Assembly (NCBI RefSeq): GCF_001194135.2
Contig: NC_068987.1
Span: forward strand, 38,365,748-38,402,388
DNA from: Octopus bimaculoides
Lineage: Eukaryota
Reading direction: 5' to 3'
DNA: 36,641 nucleotides
Shown here piece after piece: positions 10,192-23,000 of the stretch. A program made the translations under genes and the position numbers. Every line of letters starts with the position of its first letter. The stretch's first letter is position 1. A model generated the notes under the pieces. That model had not been told where the DNA came from. It saw only the letters and a list, made by a program, of their open reading frames with translations, and did not search any database.

Positions 10192-10576
10192 GATTGGCTA
10201 TCTACGCCTGTTTATATCGAGCACAAACTTGCACAAAGTACAGATGACTGCATGTTGTTTAATATACATCTCAGGAAAAACTGCCTTCTTATATTCAATA
10301 AGCTTGGTGGCATCCTGGTGGTACATATTATTGTGGAAAACATAAAACCACCTATAATTACATTGTTATATATATTAATTGCCAGGGTAACCCACATCTT
10401 GACTGGTTATCCATGCCGATTATATTGAGCATAAAATACATAAAGTATAGGTGACTGTGCCCTGGTAGTACTTATAACTGTAGTTACATATATTAAATAC
10501 CAAGGTTGCTCTCCAATTGGCTGTTTATCCACGCCGGGTATATCGAACACAGACTTACATAAAGTACAGTTGGGTG
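10192..10576 (+). repeat. Three diverged ~55-bp direct repeats
   Basis: Core tatcYaYgcc..tatatYgaRcaYa.a.tt.caYaaagtaYag at ~10199, ~10408 and ~10526. Confidence 0.75.
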
Positions 10577-10805
10577 TGTGTGGGTCTGTATGAAGACATG
10601 GCTGAGGTGGAATTGTGCGACAATCATGCATTTCTTAAATGAGGAAGAACAAACAATCCATTGCGATTCTTCCATGTTTCTTTTAAATTCTATAACTTTA
10701 ATTATTATGACAACGAAGCTTCTAAGGAAGAAAACTTCCACAAAAACCAATGTCCACAGTACATGTGGTGTATATATAAACAATATAAAATAAATGCGCC
10801 CTTTT

Positions 10806-11042
10806 AAAGCCTAACCAGGTTCATGGGCCCGGTTTCCCGGTTTCAATGGTGTATGCATTCCCCAGCTGGACGGGACGCCAGTCCATCGCAGCGTTACTCA
10901 TTTTTGCCAGCTGAGTGGACTGGAGCAACGTGAAATGAAGTGTTTTGCTCAAGATCACAACGCGTCGTCCAGTCCAGGAATCGAAACCATAATCTTACGA
11001 TCATGATGCTGACACCCTAACCACTAAGCCACACGCCTCCAC
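10806..11042 (-). mobile_element. tRNA-derived SINE, near full length, with a V-domain-like core
   Basis: The minus strand starts gtggaggcgtgTGGCTTAGTGGtt (A box) ... GTTTCGATTCC (B box), then gcgatggactggcgtcccgtccag. Confidence 0.8.
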
Positions 11043-11655
11043 ATAAACAAACCCAAAAGTGACCTCTCATCTCCACTTTTCCCTTCTTTGATCCAAAACA
11101 ATTTTTTCCCACCCACCATGAAATTAAGTTTGGAAACAAATGTGTGTGTGTGTATTTCTTCCAACATAATATTGACTTTTTCAACATTTGGGTTCTTAAA
11201 ACATTTCTTATTTTCATTTTTAAAAGTGATTTTATTGCAAATTAAGGTGATTTCTCCCAACATTAATTAGTGTAAATATAATCAGTAATTCAGCATTAAT
11301 AATAAAAGTTGCATTGCTAATTAAGAACATTTCACAAAAACATATAAGATACAGGTATTCTTTTTCTTTGGACAAATTCTTTGTAGACCAGTGTAGTTTA
11401 CAAATCCAAGCATGAAAACGTTACTCAGCTTTGAAGTTTTTGAGACAGACGCCCACCCCTTTTCACTCACACATGCACTTATATATTAATGATGTACACA
11501 AATACATGACAGGTAATCATAATACTGAAATACGCATAAAGTAAACACATGTAGACAAATATATTAATATTACAAATTTTAAAAAATAATAAAACCATAC
11601 AATCTATGAAAAGACAAAAGAAACAGTAAGATATAACATGTTGATTTTATTATGC

Positions 11656-13236
11656 ACTAGCAGCTAAACCCGGTTTCACCCGGTCTGTTTTGATGATGTG
11701 GCTGTGATTGTTTTCGGTTAGGCATAATCTATAACAGCGTTTCTCAACCTGATCATTTCGTGTCCCGTTTCGATTGGAGCCTCAGAAAATGGCTTCAGGA
11801 GTTATGAAGAAAGAATTTGTACATAGTCTGTTTGTGAGAGCTATTCTATTGAACGCCTGTCTAATCATTAAAAGATTTATTTAAATATGAACATAGAAAG
11901 AAATTATACATTAATCGCAATTTTTGAAAGCAGTTTTATCTGTACAAATTTTATTTGCAGAGAGCAGAAATTGAAAGATATATGAAATGGACGTGCGTGT
12001 GTGTGTGGGTGTGTATATGTGAGAGAGAAAGCAACTAGTGTTAATGGCAGAATAACATTTGAAATGCAAATCTGGAATGAAAAATAAGTTCAGACCTCTA
12101 CATGGTAGGTAGACCTGGTAGAAATAGCAGCCAAATCTCCCTCAAAACACCCTACTGTATTAATGTGAAAATTCTGCCTATTATGTTAAGATGTTAAGAA
12201 GTTGATGTTAAGAATTGCTTTAACAGAAAATTAAGCTGTAAGAACGAACGGGGAAATTAAGAATTAATAGCTGACGTAGCCAATTTAAGAAAAGTGAAGT
12301 ATGGAATAAGTAATTGTTATATGCTTATAGAAAAACAATTTATATTATAGAAATTGATACATACCTCTTCAAGATTAAAATGAACTATTGTTTTCGACGC
12401 GTGTATAATCATAGAGAAACTGAAAGACATGAAATGTCCGTTTGTGTGTGTATGTGTGTGTATTTTTGGCGGGATTTTTGCATTTAGCAGGAGTTGGTTT
12501 GTTTTATCTGTTGGTCAATGGCCGGACAAGTGAAAAGGAAAGGCAATTTTTTGAAGTGGCCAGCGAATGAAGATACATGGCGAGTTTTATGACTGAACTT
12601 CTTTTGAAGTTGTGGTGAGAGGGGAGAATTGATGTGCGTGCATATGTCTGTGTGAGTGTGTATGTTTGATGGGGTGTGCACAACAGAGAGAGTAATGCTG
12701 ATGGTGTATGTGTATATGAGAGAGAGAGAGAGAGATAAATGAAATTTATCATTCAGTTTATTTATTTATTATGTATATATGTATGAATGGCTTCAGTGAC
12801 ACACACTCACATACACGCACGCATGCAGGTTGTTTTAATCAATTTTCTCTGTAAGTATGGGGGATAGAAAAAAATAGAAAGCTCGTTCCAATCTATGCAC
12901 CCGTCTCCACATGGGTGCCATTTTTCACAGGAATCTACCCAGCTGTTTGGTCGTGAACCTCAAGACAAGAAAGAATACAATGCTTGGCCAACTTCAATTT
13001 ATATTATAGATTTATGTTTATTTAGAAGCCTACAATAAGCAGATCAGATGCTAAACTCTAAATTTCACAGAGAATTTCTGTCTCACTGTTGGTTAAAAAT
13101 ATACAGTTTTTCGATTTTTAAAGCTCTGTAGGTTTTTTCTCCAATTATTTTCTCCAATTATTTTCTCCAATTATTTTCTCCACAACATCATACCTTCAAG
13201 GCAATGAGACTGGAAGGCTACATTATTATAGTTGAT
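11656..13236 (+). mobile_element. Probable non-autonomous Helitron/Helentron-like element
   Basis: It starts actagcagctaaacccggtttcacccgg (short hairpin) and ends cattattatagttgat. It has no coding capacity. It contains a nested SINE tail (~12110-12160) and a 13-bp tandem ccaattattttct x3 (13141-13179). Confidence 0.35.
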
Positions 13237-14224
13237 TTTCAGATTTTTTACCGTCTTTTAAAGAATGCATATTTTGCAAATGATAAAAACTAGATCCTAT
13301 TAAAATATTAAAAAGAATAAAACAAAATAAATGAAATAAAATGAATTTAAATATTTTTTTTCATTTTATGCTGTCACCTTCATAATTGTTTTGGTATAAC
13401 ACATTCTTCTGCAAGTTTACTCTAATCCTCTATATTTTAGTTTACCTTAATGCTAATTTTAGAAACTTCAAATTTAGTTACAATTTAAACCCTAACTCTT
13501 TTATTAGTTTAAGTTTTAAAACCTGAATAATCAGGTTAACACCTAATTTTCAACAACTTTAAGTTGACACCACCCTACTTGTAACAACATCTCTAAATCT
13601 ATCAGTATTTATACCCTGATAATAAGAGCTTTCATGAACTCTATAATTTGAATAAAAATAGTATCCTTTCATTCTCTAACATTATTCCCCCACTATGGCA
13701 GATTAAAAACTGAACATTACTCTCTTAGACCGACCCATGTCCATGAAAATCCTATATCAAATTTCAACACAATGACTGGAGAATATCTGACCTATATACA
13801 ATGCTAATATGGTAATGGGTGCTGACCCATGTTTGAGACTGTCTCCTAAATTTGGCAATACAATGCCCCTGCTTCTACTCTTGTACCACCCCTTTGTAAC
13901 TTGTTTACCCCTGTTCTCTGTTCTACTTGAACATCCCTATCTTTCCCCACAATCCCCACACAAAAACCATTCCTCAAGTGCTCTGCTTGTTATATCCAGA
14001 AATGGCTCTGATGAAAGTAGCATTAATTTTCTTCAATTTGCCTCAATTGATCAATAGACCATTTGAATAAAGTTATCAGTAATGTACCTATAATGACTAC
14101 TGGAAACAGCTGTAAGCCAAATTTGCTCAAATAAAGGAATTATATGTAATGCCCATTACTTTTAACTTGTTTCTTATATATATGAAAACACACACATATG
14201 TGTATGTATGTGAGATCATAGTCA

Positions 14225-14688
14225 TGGCTGATGCCAGTGTCACATAACTGGCACATAAAAAGCAACCTTCAAACATTGGGGGATATGCTGTGCTTGAGAA
14301 GACCTGTCAAGCCAAGTGAAATCGTAGTTGTGGCCAATGTCAGTTCCATCTGACTGGCACCTGTGCTGGTGGCATGTAAAAAGCATCATTCAAGCATTTG
14401 TCTTCATGGAGGCAGTGACAGATGACCAGGACCTTTGGCAATATATTGTGCTTGTGAAGACTTGTCAAGCCAACTTTATGGCCAATGCCAATGCTATGTC
14501 AATGGCACTCATGCTGGTGTCACATAAAAAGCACCCACTACACTCTTGAAGTGGTTGGTGTTAAGAAGGGCATCCAGCTGTAGCAACCATGCCAAATCAG
14601 ACTGTAACCTGGTGCAGCTCCTCAGCTTACCAGTTTTCAGTCAAACCGTCCAGCTCATGCCAGCATGGAAAGAAGACGTTAAATGAAG

Positions 14689-14690
<2 letters not shown>
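14225..14690 (+). mobile_element. RTE LINE 3' UTR/terminus
   Basis: aaaagcacccactacactc...gggcatccagctgtag...gccagcatggaaagaagacgttaaatgaagat followed by (AT)n. Confidence 0.75.
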
Positions 14691-14731
<41 letters not shown>

Positions 14732-14843
14732 CAAAAGAATTCCAACTCTATCTGTTTTTTATGTTTTATTTATATTCTTATAAAATTAATGTAGGATATA
14801 GAATATGGAATATATAGTATATATAGTAAAATGAAATGAAATA

Positions 14844-15620
14844 NNNNNNNNNNNNNNNNNNNNNNNNNNNNNNNNNNNNNNNNNNNNNNNNNNNNNNNNN
14901 NNNNNNNNNNNNNNNNNNNNNNNNNNNNNNNNNNNNNNNNNNNNNNNNNNNNNNNNNNNNNNNNNNNNNNNNNNNNNNNNNNNNNNNNNNNNNNNNNNNN
15001 NNNNNNNNNNNNNNNNNNNNNNNNNNNNNNNNNNNNNNNNNNNNNNNNNNNNNNNNNNNNNNNNNNNNNNNNNNNNNNNNNNNNNNNNNNNNNNNNNNNN
15101 NNNNNNNNNNNNNNNNNNNNNNNNNNNNNNNNNNNNNNNNNNNNNNNNNNNNNNNNNNNNNNNNNNNNNNNNNNNNNNNNNNNNNNNNNNNNNNNNNNNN
15201 NNNNNNNNNNNNNNNNNNNNNNNNNNNNNNNNNNNNNNNNNNNNNNNNNNNNNNNNNNNNNNNNNNNNNNNNNNNNNNNNNNNNNNNNNNNNNNNNNNNN
15301 NNNNNNNNNNNNNNNNNNNNNNNNNNNNNNNNNNNNNNNNNNNNNNNNNNNNNNNNNNNNNNNNNNNNNNNNNNNNNNNNNNNNNNNNNNNNNNNNNNNN
15401 NNNNNNNNNNNNNNNNNNNNNNNNNNNNNNNNNNNNNNNNNNNNNNNNNNNNNNNNNNNNNNNNNNNNNNNNNNNNNNNNNNNNNNNNNNNNNNNNNNNN
15501 NNNNNNNNNNNNNNNNNNNNNNNNNNNNNNNNNNNNNNNNNNNNNNNNNNNNNNNNNNNNNNNNNNNNNNNNNNNNNNNNNNNNNNNNNNNNNNNNNNNN
15601 NNNNNNNNNNNNNNNNNNNN
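14844..15620. other. Assembly gap (N)
   Basis: N run. Confidence 1.
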
Positions 15621-15699
15621 ATATATAAACACACACACACACACATACATACATACATAAATAGACATACACATACATGTGTGTGTGTATTTATGTAGT

Positions 15700-17505
15700 G
15701 TGAGGACCAGAGGTGTGAGAATTTCTGAATTGCAAGACAGTGTATTAGAGAAAATCAAGTTGTTGTAGGTGAAAAGTGTGTATGGATGGATAATGGTATC
15801 ATTATATTTAGTGATGCTGAAAAGAAAGATGCATAGGAATGCAACTCTGAAAAGCTATTTATAGAGAATGTTTGGGAAAAAGAGGCCCTTCTCAACATGG
15901 ACTCAACAGAGGGACCAGTTACTTGAGTGGACAACAGTATGACAGATAAGACAATTAAGGATATGATGACCGGAAAAGCCACTGGTCCATCAAGAATCGC
16001 CTCTGAGATACTTAAAATATCTGTCAAAGTAGGATTCTACTTAGTCATCCGTATGATTAATCAGGTTGTATAGGAAGTGACTGGTACGGCAGCATTAAAG
16101 TCAACTGTTATAAGAGTAAATGAGATGTTTTATATAGAAGTAATTACTGAGGTATAAAATTGCTGGACCAAGTTATGAAAGTTATTGAGAGAGTTATAGC
16201 CGAATTCATTTGGAACAGTATTAGGTTAGATAGGTTGTAGTTTAGTTTTGTGCCATGGAGAAGTACCACTGATGTCATTCTCTTAGTAAGACAACTGCAA
16301 GAGGAGTATTTATTTGTATTTGGCACTCATTGACACAGAAAAACCTTCAACAAAGTCTCTTGTTGTGTCATCTAGTGGTTCCTGAGGAAGCTGGGGTAGA
16401 TGAATGGCTGGTGAAAACTGTCCAAGCTATATACAGAAGTGCTGTCAATAAAATGAGAGTCAACCACAAGTATAGTGACAAATTTAGTGTATAGATAATT
16501 TACCAGGACTCACTTCTGGGTCACCTCCTATTCATAATTGTCCTCCAAGTCATAACAGAAGAATTCAAGACCAGCTGACATCATTCCTGCAGTGGAATCT
16601 TTAGTAGAATTAGACAAGAAATTCCTAGTGTGGAAGCAAAACCTGGAATCAAAGGGCTTTAATGTTAACATAGCAAAGACCAAACTTCTAGTAAGCAGGA
16701 AACAAAGAGGACTCTACATCTATCAGGTAAACAGCCCTGCTCAGTATGTAGGAATGGTGTAGGCAGAAATTCCATATTGTGTGCCAGTGCAAGCTATGAA
16801 TACACAAGAGGTGTAATCAAATCACAGGAAGGTTAGCAGAGAAAGCAGCCTTTGTATGTAGTAGGTATGAAGGAGTGATAAACACTTATGGGTCACAGGA
16901 AATAGATTTTCTCAAATGCCCTGGAGGCTCCCTAAAGCCAGTAGATAATTTTTGTTACATAAGTGATCTAGCTAGCAGAGGAGGGGGATGTTCTGAAAAT
17001 AGAAAGTATAGTTGCTAGAATAAGAATATGATGGAGAAAGTTCTGTTGACAACAAAAGATTTCTTAGAGTGAAAGGCAGATCGATGCTTGTGTACAAACA
17101 GGAATGCTACATGGTAGTGAGACATGGGTTCTGAATGCTGAGGAAATGCAAAGACTAGAAAGGAACAAAGTTAGTTGGATGTGTAGTGTCAATATGCATG
17201 TACATCAAAATAAATTGTTGAGAGAAAAGTCATACATAAGTGCAATCAGATGTAGCATGCAAGAGAAAAGATTGCACTGGTTTGATCATGTGTTGCATAT
17301 AGATGAGAACAGCTGTATAAAGAAGTGCTGATTGCTTAAAGTGGAGGGAGTTTGTGGAAGAGAGAGAGATCCAGGAAGAAATGCAATAGAGGAGTGAAGG
17401 CTGATCTTAAGATGTTGAGTCTCATGGAGGAAATGACAAAAAACCAAAATGATTAGTGATTTGCTGTGTTCAAAAAGCCCTGTCCCATCACAGTGGAAAT
17501 GAAGT
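15700..17505 (+). mobile_element. Decayed RTE LINE, reverse transcriptase region
   Basis: Fragments DKTIKDMMTGKATGPSRIASEILK, ...GLNVNIAKTKLLVS, MLHGSETWVLNAEEMQRLERN and KRLHWFDHVL match RTE ORF2 motifs. There are many stops and frameshifts. Confidence 0.85.
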
Positions 17506-17529
17506 CCTAAGAACATTTTGTTTATACTT

Positions 17530-18300
17530 GTATGTGCTGAAGCCTGTCCCTCTACCAAATCTGCCTCATCGAATATTCCCTATGTTTCAACCTCACAATA
17601 CCCATTCCTCCATCCCCCTTTGGCTGTAGTTATCATCTGAGAACAGAAGCATTTTTGTGCCATCAGTTGCTTCCTTCTTCCTCTGGAAACACTGCCTATT
17701 AGCATCCATCCTTCATTCTCATTTTCATTCCTTCCTACATTATTTTTTGCTGATCACCCCTTTCTGTGCCTCCTGTTATCTCTTCCACTCCTCTGGGCTA
17801 CATCATAGGACTGCCATAACACCACTCATGTCTGCTATCATTCTCTATGCCCTCCCATTGATCACCCACCACCAACATAGCCACCTTATGTACCTCTGAC
17901 CCCCATCTTTGTCTCTGTGTGTCACTTTCATCCTCCTCCTACTTTCTGATCTATCCTCCTTCCTGGGCTCTTTCTATCTCTTTCAACTTATCCACCTCCA
18001 TACTGATATTTTCCATCAGTCACATCTCCATCTTGTTCATAGCTCACTGCATTCTGCCCCCCCCCCCACTTCTAACTATATGTTACACTCTTATGAAATC
18101 ATCAACCCTCTCCCCACCTCCAACTGACTGTCCATATTCTCTTTTATAATCACCATCTTGTATCTTGTGAGTTTACTCTGGCACCTCATCATCACCATTT
18201 CTATCTTCTTTCTAGCTACTCTCAGTCATCCTTATATAATGCAGGAGAGCCATATAGCTTCTCTATAGCAAGACACCAGTGTTTGTACCTCAACACTTGA
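17530..18300 (-). mobile_element. Possible heavily decayed LINE fragment (pyrimidine-rich on +)
   Basis: Strong strand compositional skew typical of LINE ORF2 remnants. No motif could be read with confidence. Confidence 0.25.
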
Positions 18301-18379
18301 TATAAGCCACTACCCTCTCTTAGATACACCTCACCCACTCAATCTAGGGGTCTTTTCATTTCCTTGTCTTGCAATTTTT

Positions 18380-18482
18380 TTGGCAACTTTACTAATGCGA
18401 GTGGCATAAATAAAGCACCTAGTACACACTGTAAAGTGCTTAGTGCTAGGAAGAGCATTCACCCATAGAAATCATGTCAAAT
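18380..18482 (+). mobile_element. RTE 3' UTR fragment
   Basis: ggcataaataaagcacctagtacacactgtaaagtgcttagtgctaggaagagcat resembles 14520-14580. Confidence 0.5.
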
Positions 18483-18497
18483 GTCCACTTTTCTATA

Positions 18498-18538
<41 letters not shown>

Positions 18539-19004
18539 AATAATAAATGAGTATATGCATATATACGTACAGGTATGTGCATACCTACGTCTACCTGTAT
18601 ATATAGGTGTATATCTGGGTACAGGACATTGCAAACAAAACGTAGACAAGAAAATAATAATAACCAGAGTACAGAAAGAGTATATATATATATATAGGGT
18701 TGGTCAAAAAGTCTAGCTTTTGTTGACACTAAGCTTTAAGATCTCTAATAAGCAACTAACTTCAGTCTTATCCTTGTGCATACACACTCATTCAATACTT
18801 GACTTCAATATAGTTTAACACAAACTTGTGACAAAGCAGGCTGTACTTTGTGTGCTTAGGATCACTGTGAAAATGGAGAACCGAAACAAACTTTATTGAC
18901 ACCTCATGCTTTTTCCATTTTAAAAATTGGCAAGAAAGCAAAGCAATGGAGACCTACAGGAAGATATGTTTTGTGTATGGAGAGGATGCTGTTATCTTGT
19001 GCAT

Positions 19005-19275
19005 CTGAGAGACAATGTGGGTCAGTTACGCCCTACTCCCTTGTCAACACATGGCACATCTAAGCCATCCATACCAAATGACCTCCACAAGGCAAAGTTT
19101 GTGTTTATTCATCACAACACACACTGAAAACCCCATCAGTCACCCTGTGATGGCCCATATGAAGTGATACATCCAAGAGACAAGTTATTTCAACTCCTAA
19201 TTGGCAGACAACAATATTTAGTTTCCATCAGTAGATTGAAACCGGCCCATCTTGATATTGACACCCTGTGCAAGT
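19005..19275 (+). mobile_element. Gypsy LTR-retrotransposon integrase C-terminal remnant
   Basis: One frame: LRDNVGQLRPTP...IPNDLHKAKFVFIHHNTH*KPHQSPCDGPYEVI..DKLFQLLIGRQQYLVSISRLKPAHLD (GPY motif and VSIxRLKPAH). A possible PPT/LTR start lies at ~19415-19440. Confidence 0.8.
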
Positions 19276-19576
19276 AGCTCAACCACCAAACAAAGGCCAC
19301 CCTGGGTAAGTCACACCAACCCCTGACAATGAACAGTTGCCAAAGAGCCAAGTAACTACATACATGGACAGGGTGGTTAAAATACCTTCCCAGTTTCAGT
19401 GACAGTCAACAGTTCTGAGAGGGTGCTATATGTAGGGCACTGCCTGTGGACTCATAACAGGTAAACTGTAAACAGGGACCTTCACTGCAGGCTAGTTAGC
19501 AAGCTGATCCACAAAGAAGAGACTTCTGGTTAGGCAGGAAAGGAGTTTGGGGATTTAAATGGCCAATTGTACTTAC

Positions 19577-19589
19577 CCTCACAGCATAG
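19577..19589 (-). CDS. Candidate 13-nt microexon (speculative)
   Basis: tttcacttcaattag|CTATGCTGTGAGG|gtaagt. The phase matches the 19921-20060 segment, giving ...HTL-S-YAVR. Such sites also arise by chance in AT-rich DNA. Confidence 0.15.
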
Positions 19590-19802
19590 CTAATTGAAGT
19601 GAAACACATCTTTGTTCCTGATTATTTTTATGTATACCTTAACAAAGCTATACTTGCACACATAGCTCCCTTACATACATACATGTATACCTACAGATAT
19701 CTCATATACGTTCTCACACATATATGCATATATATGTGCATAACCTTCCTGTTGCTAATCACTCAACCATAAAGTATGGACTGGAGTGTCTTATTTTGTT
19801 TT

Positions 19803-19895
19803 GGGCAGTAAACTGGCATGATTGTTAGAGCATTAGACAGGATGCCTTGCAACATTTGTTGTGGATTCTTTGTGTTTTGAGTTCAAATCCCACCA
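19803..19895 (+). mobile_element. Decayed tRNA-derived SINE head
   Basis: gggcagtaaactggcatgattgttagagc ... gagttcaaatcc (B box-like). Confidence 0.55.
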
Positions 19896-19920
19896 TATCT
19901 TGCTTAGGTGGTAGACTTGC

Positions 19921-20060
19921 CTCAGTGTATGGTTTAACACTACCACATAGATTTTACTCCATTGCCAGCTTTTAGGCCAGGTCTCTAGTTTGAGGAAACC
20001 ATCCTCCCTGCCACCAATATCAGAGGCTCTGAAAAGAATCATGGGCCAGTGAGCTTCCAC
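19921..20060 (-). CDS. Candidate 140-nt coding exon, PH-like N-terminal strands (unconfirmed)
   Basis: Acceptor ttttttaaattctttaatcag|, open frame VEAHWPMILFRASDIGGREDGFLKLETWPKSWQWSKIYVVVLNHTL, and GC donor AG|GCAAGT. It overlaps one copy of a diverged repeat, which argues against it. Confidence 0.3.
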
Positions 20061-23000
20061 CTGATTAAAGAATTTAAAAAAACCATTGTGCTTTTGGGAA
20101 GCTGTCATACAAAATTATAAATTATGGTTTTTAATTTTGAGAAATACTGACAGTCAATTTATTTATTACACTTTAGAATTATCAGCATACTGTGTTCTAC
20201 GTTCTTTTTACCAATTCAACAGAAGTTTTACTGGTGACATCTTTGTTCACCAAGAATATTAATTTAAACACTTTGACAAGTCATTCCTGGAAAAATTTAT
20301 AGAACTGATTTTCTATGAAAAAAAGTCAAGTTAGCTCAAGGCTAAAAAATTCTATCAAATGAACACATGGAATAAATTAGATCAATATTTCTTATAAATT
20401 CTTCATTCAATAGGAGAAAATATATAAATGCAAAATTCTACATGTCTTGCTGCCTATAACCATGTAAACTTCTCCCAACTCTCCCTGAATCTTCCATCTT
20501 GTAGGGTTTGATGAAGATATGAACACTAACTTCTTAGAGTACCTAATAAAAAATATAATTTCTGGTTATTTTCCTCTGAGTAAAGAATCACAAGTTTCTC
20601 ATTCAGGAACATTACCATTCACTTTCATATATTTTACAAAGTAAATAAGTTTTGAGTAGTACTTTTATAGTTATATATTTTATCTTGACATTTAAAAATC
20701 CTGTATTCTTATTTAAAATAACTAAGTTTGTAAATGAGACATTTTTGTTTGTGATGTGATCAGTTGTACTGGTGGTGTTGTTAAGAGCATCAAACATTCC
20801 AATATTAAAATATTTCTGTTTCCATCCATCTCTTTCATGATTGTCAGATTACTGAATTTCATGTTATATTTCATTACTGTTGTTGTTGCATATTTCTAAA
20901 TCTTACTTTTTTCAATTGACTGCAGAGTAAATTCAGTTTTGCTGCTTTAGTTTTTTATTCTTTTCAACATGATAACGAGTGACTACTTTTTGTTTTTGGT
21001 TCACTAAAAGTGTAAGATGGTTTTAGACCCCTCCCTGCTTTTTGTGTCTTGAATGAATTTGATATCTGCAGTCTGTTATTCATTAATCCTAATGACTTGC
21101 CTCCATATTTGATTTCAGTTTTTTTCAAGAAGTATAGATTTTTATCTCTTGTTCTCATGTGTTTGCCATATATTCCCAACTCTTTCTTGTATTTGACTTA
21201 ATCTGTTACCCAGGTTTAATAACACCATCTTTTGTTTACCACTTAGTGAGAAAAGTGTAGTGTCATTGACGCTGTTTTTGTTCAATGGGTTAGACTCATG
21301 TAAGTCTAACACTAACCCCTGAACAGCAGAGGCACCCAAAGACTTGGTGGTGGCATAAAACTGGGTGATGAATTTTGTGTACCACTCAAGAACTCATAAC
21401 ACAAAGAGCCCAAACAAGTACAAGTTATCCCTTCTGTTGCCCAGACAATTTTATCAATCCATCATTCTGGGTTGGAGTTTTATTTATTAGCTATGGAAGG
21501 TTGGAAAACAAAAGTGACCTCAACAAAATTTGATCCCTAAGAACAGAGAGCTGGAACAAATTCTACAAAGCATTTTATTTTATGCTCTAATAATTCTGCC
21601 ATTTTGCCACTTTGGTCCTTGAGCAACCTCAGTAGAGTCTTTTCTGTTGCAAGCATTCAAGCCAGGTCTTCAGTTTGAAGATTTCTTTACTTCCTTCCTT
21701 CCACCATGGTGACCTATGAAAAAGGTCATTGCTGATTTGTTATTGAAGCATTTTATTCCTTAACTAGCTGGCCCTGTGTCGTCAAAAATGACAGATAATT
21801 CTAGTATTTCATATATAAAATGAGTACAAAAGGTGAAAAAGAATCAAACAATGCTTCAACTGTGTGGTGGGGGGGGGGCGTGCATGTATATGTATACATT
21901 TATGAGAGGAACAGTCTGTAGCAAATGCAGTTTTCTATACTTTGTCACTGCCCGCTTCCTTCCTTTTTAAGTGCCTGTTTATATATATACATATGTGTAT
22001 GTATAAATGCGCGTGTGTCTGTAATTCTATTTTCTATATATATTTCTAAATAAACATACACATATATACTCACACAGAGTTGAAACGTTGTTTGATTTTT
22101 GTTTCACCGTTGACTTTTCACCATCCCACTTCATTCATATGTTGTGACAGAGAAACACACAAGAGTATTATTATAATAGAAGATACACGATGCTCTCTTT
22201 GCCACTTCCTCTCTCTCATTCCCTCTCAGTCGTGGCTATTGCTCTCACGACTTCTTCACTGAACTACTATTTTCTCTCCTCTCCCTTCACCATTCACTCC
22301 TACTGCATGATTTTGGACAAATATATATTTATACAAATATATAAAAACACTACACTCATTATTATATTAGGAAATACTTCTGAATCCTCCAGATTTAAGC
22401 TGCATCTCATATTTGTTGAAAGATGACAAGTTATATTGTAGCCATTTCAGTTCAGAAGACAGGTTGAACCTAAAATGCAGCATATGCTGGAACAAAATGT
22501 AGCTATGAATATTAACTGTGAACTTTGTTTCTAAGCTTTCTGGCAATGTTGCCTCTTGCCAACCAGTTTACAGATGATCAAAATAACCTTCTACAATACT
22601 GATTTTAATGGGCTCTTAGTTTACATTGATAGCAGTTGTCTTTCAGCTCTATCGACAGTTACCTTCCATCAAATTCCATATTGACTCTCCTGACACATTA
22701 GTTTCCATAGTTCCTAATTAAGTATTGTCACTGTAAAGTTGGATGACTGCAAAAGATTGTATAATCTTAAAGTTATTATATCTAATAAAACTAATCAAAA
22801 GTTTTGGGAAAACAAATTCTACTTTTAAGACATGTTATCATGTTTGAATAGAGACCCCTGTGGAGATAAAACCTCATACACTGTTGCATCTGAAAAAAAA
22901 AACTCTGCTGGTGGAAATAAAAATGAAGTCCCTCACATATCAACATCGAGAATCTATAGTAGAAACACAAGCCTAATGTTCACAAAATAGCTTATTTTGG

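Noticed and set aside
10980-11042. tRNA-like sequence (also 34867-34935)
   Set aside because: These are SINE heads with A/B boxes. They have no complete cloverleaf and continue into SINE bodies.
13680-14060. GC-richer island with an 82-aa + ORF
   Set aside because: No motif was recognisable in any frame. It is probably an old TE fragment, but I cannot support a family call.
18790-18864. Strong minus-strand acceptor ttctccattttcacag|
   Set aside because: It begins with TGA in the phase needed to continue the candidate chain. The other frames close within ~25 codons without a good donor.
20461-20542. 82-nt open segment YSKKLVFISSSNPTRWKIQGELGEVYM with by-eye resemblance to the betaglycan/endoglin orphan domain
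   Set aside because: The donor is weak (gttata) and no credible phase-2 upstream exon exists. It is incompatible with the alternative chain, and the resemblance is too remote to trust without a profile search.
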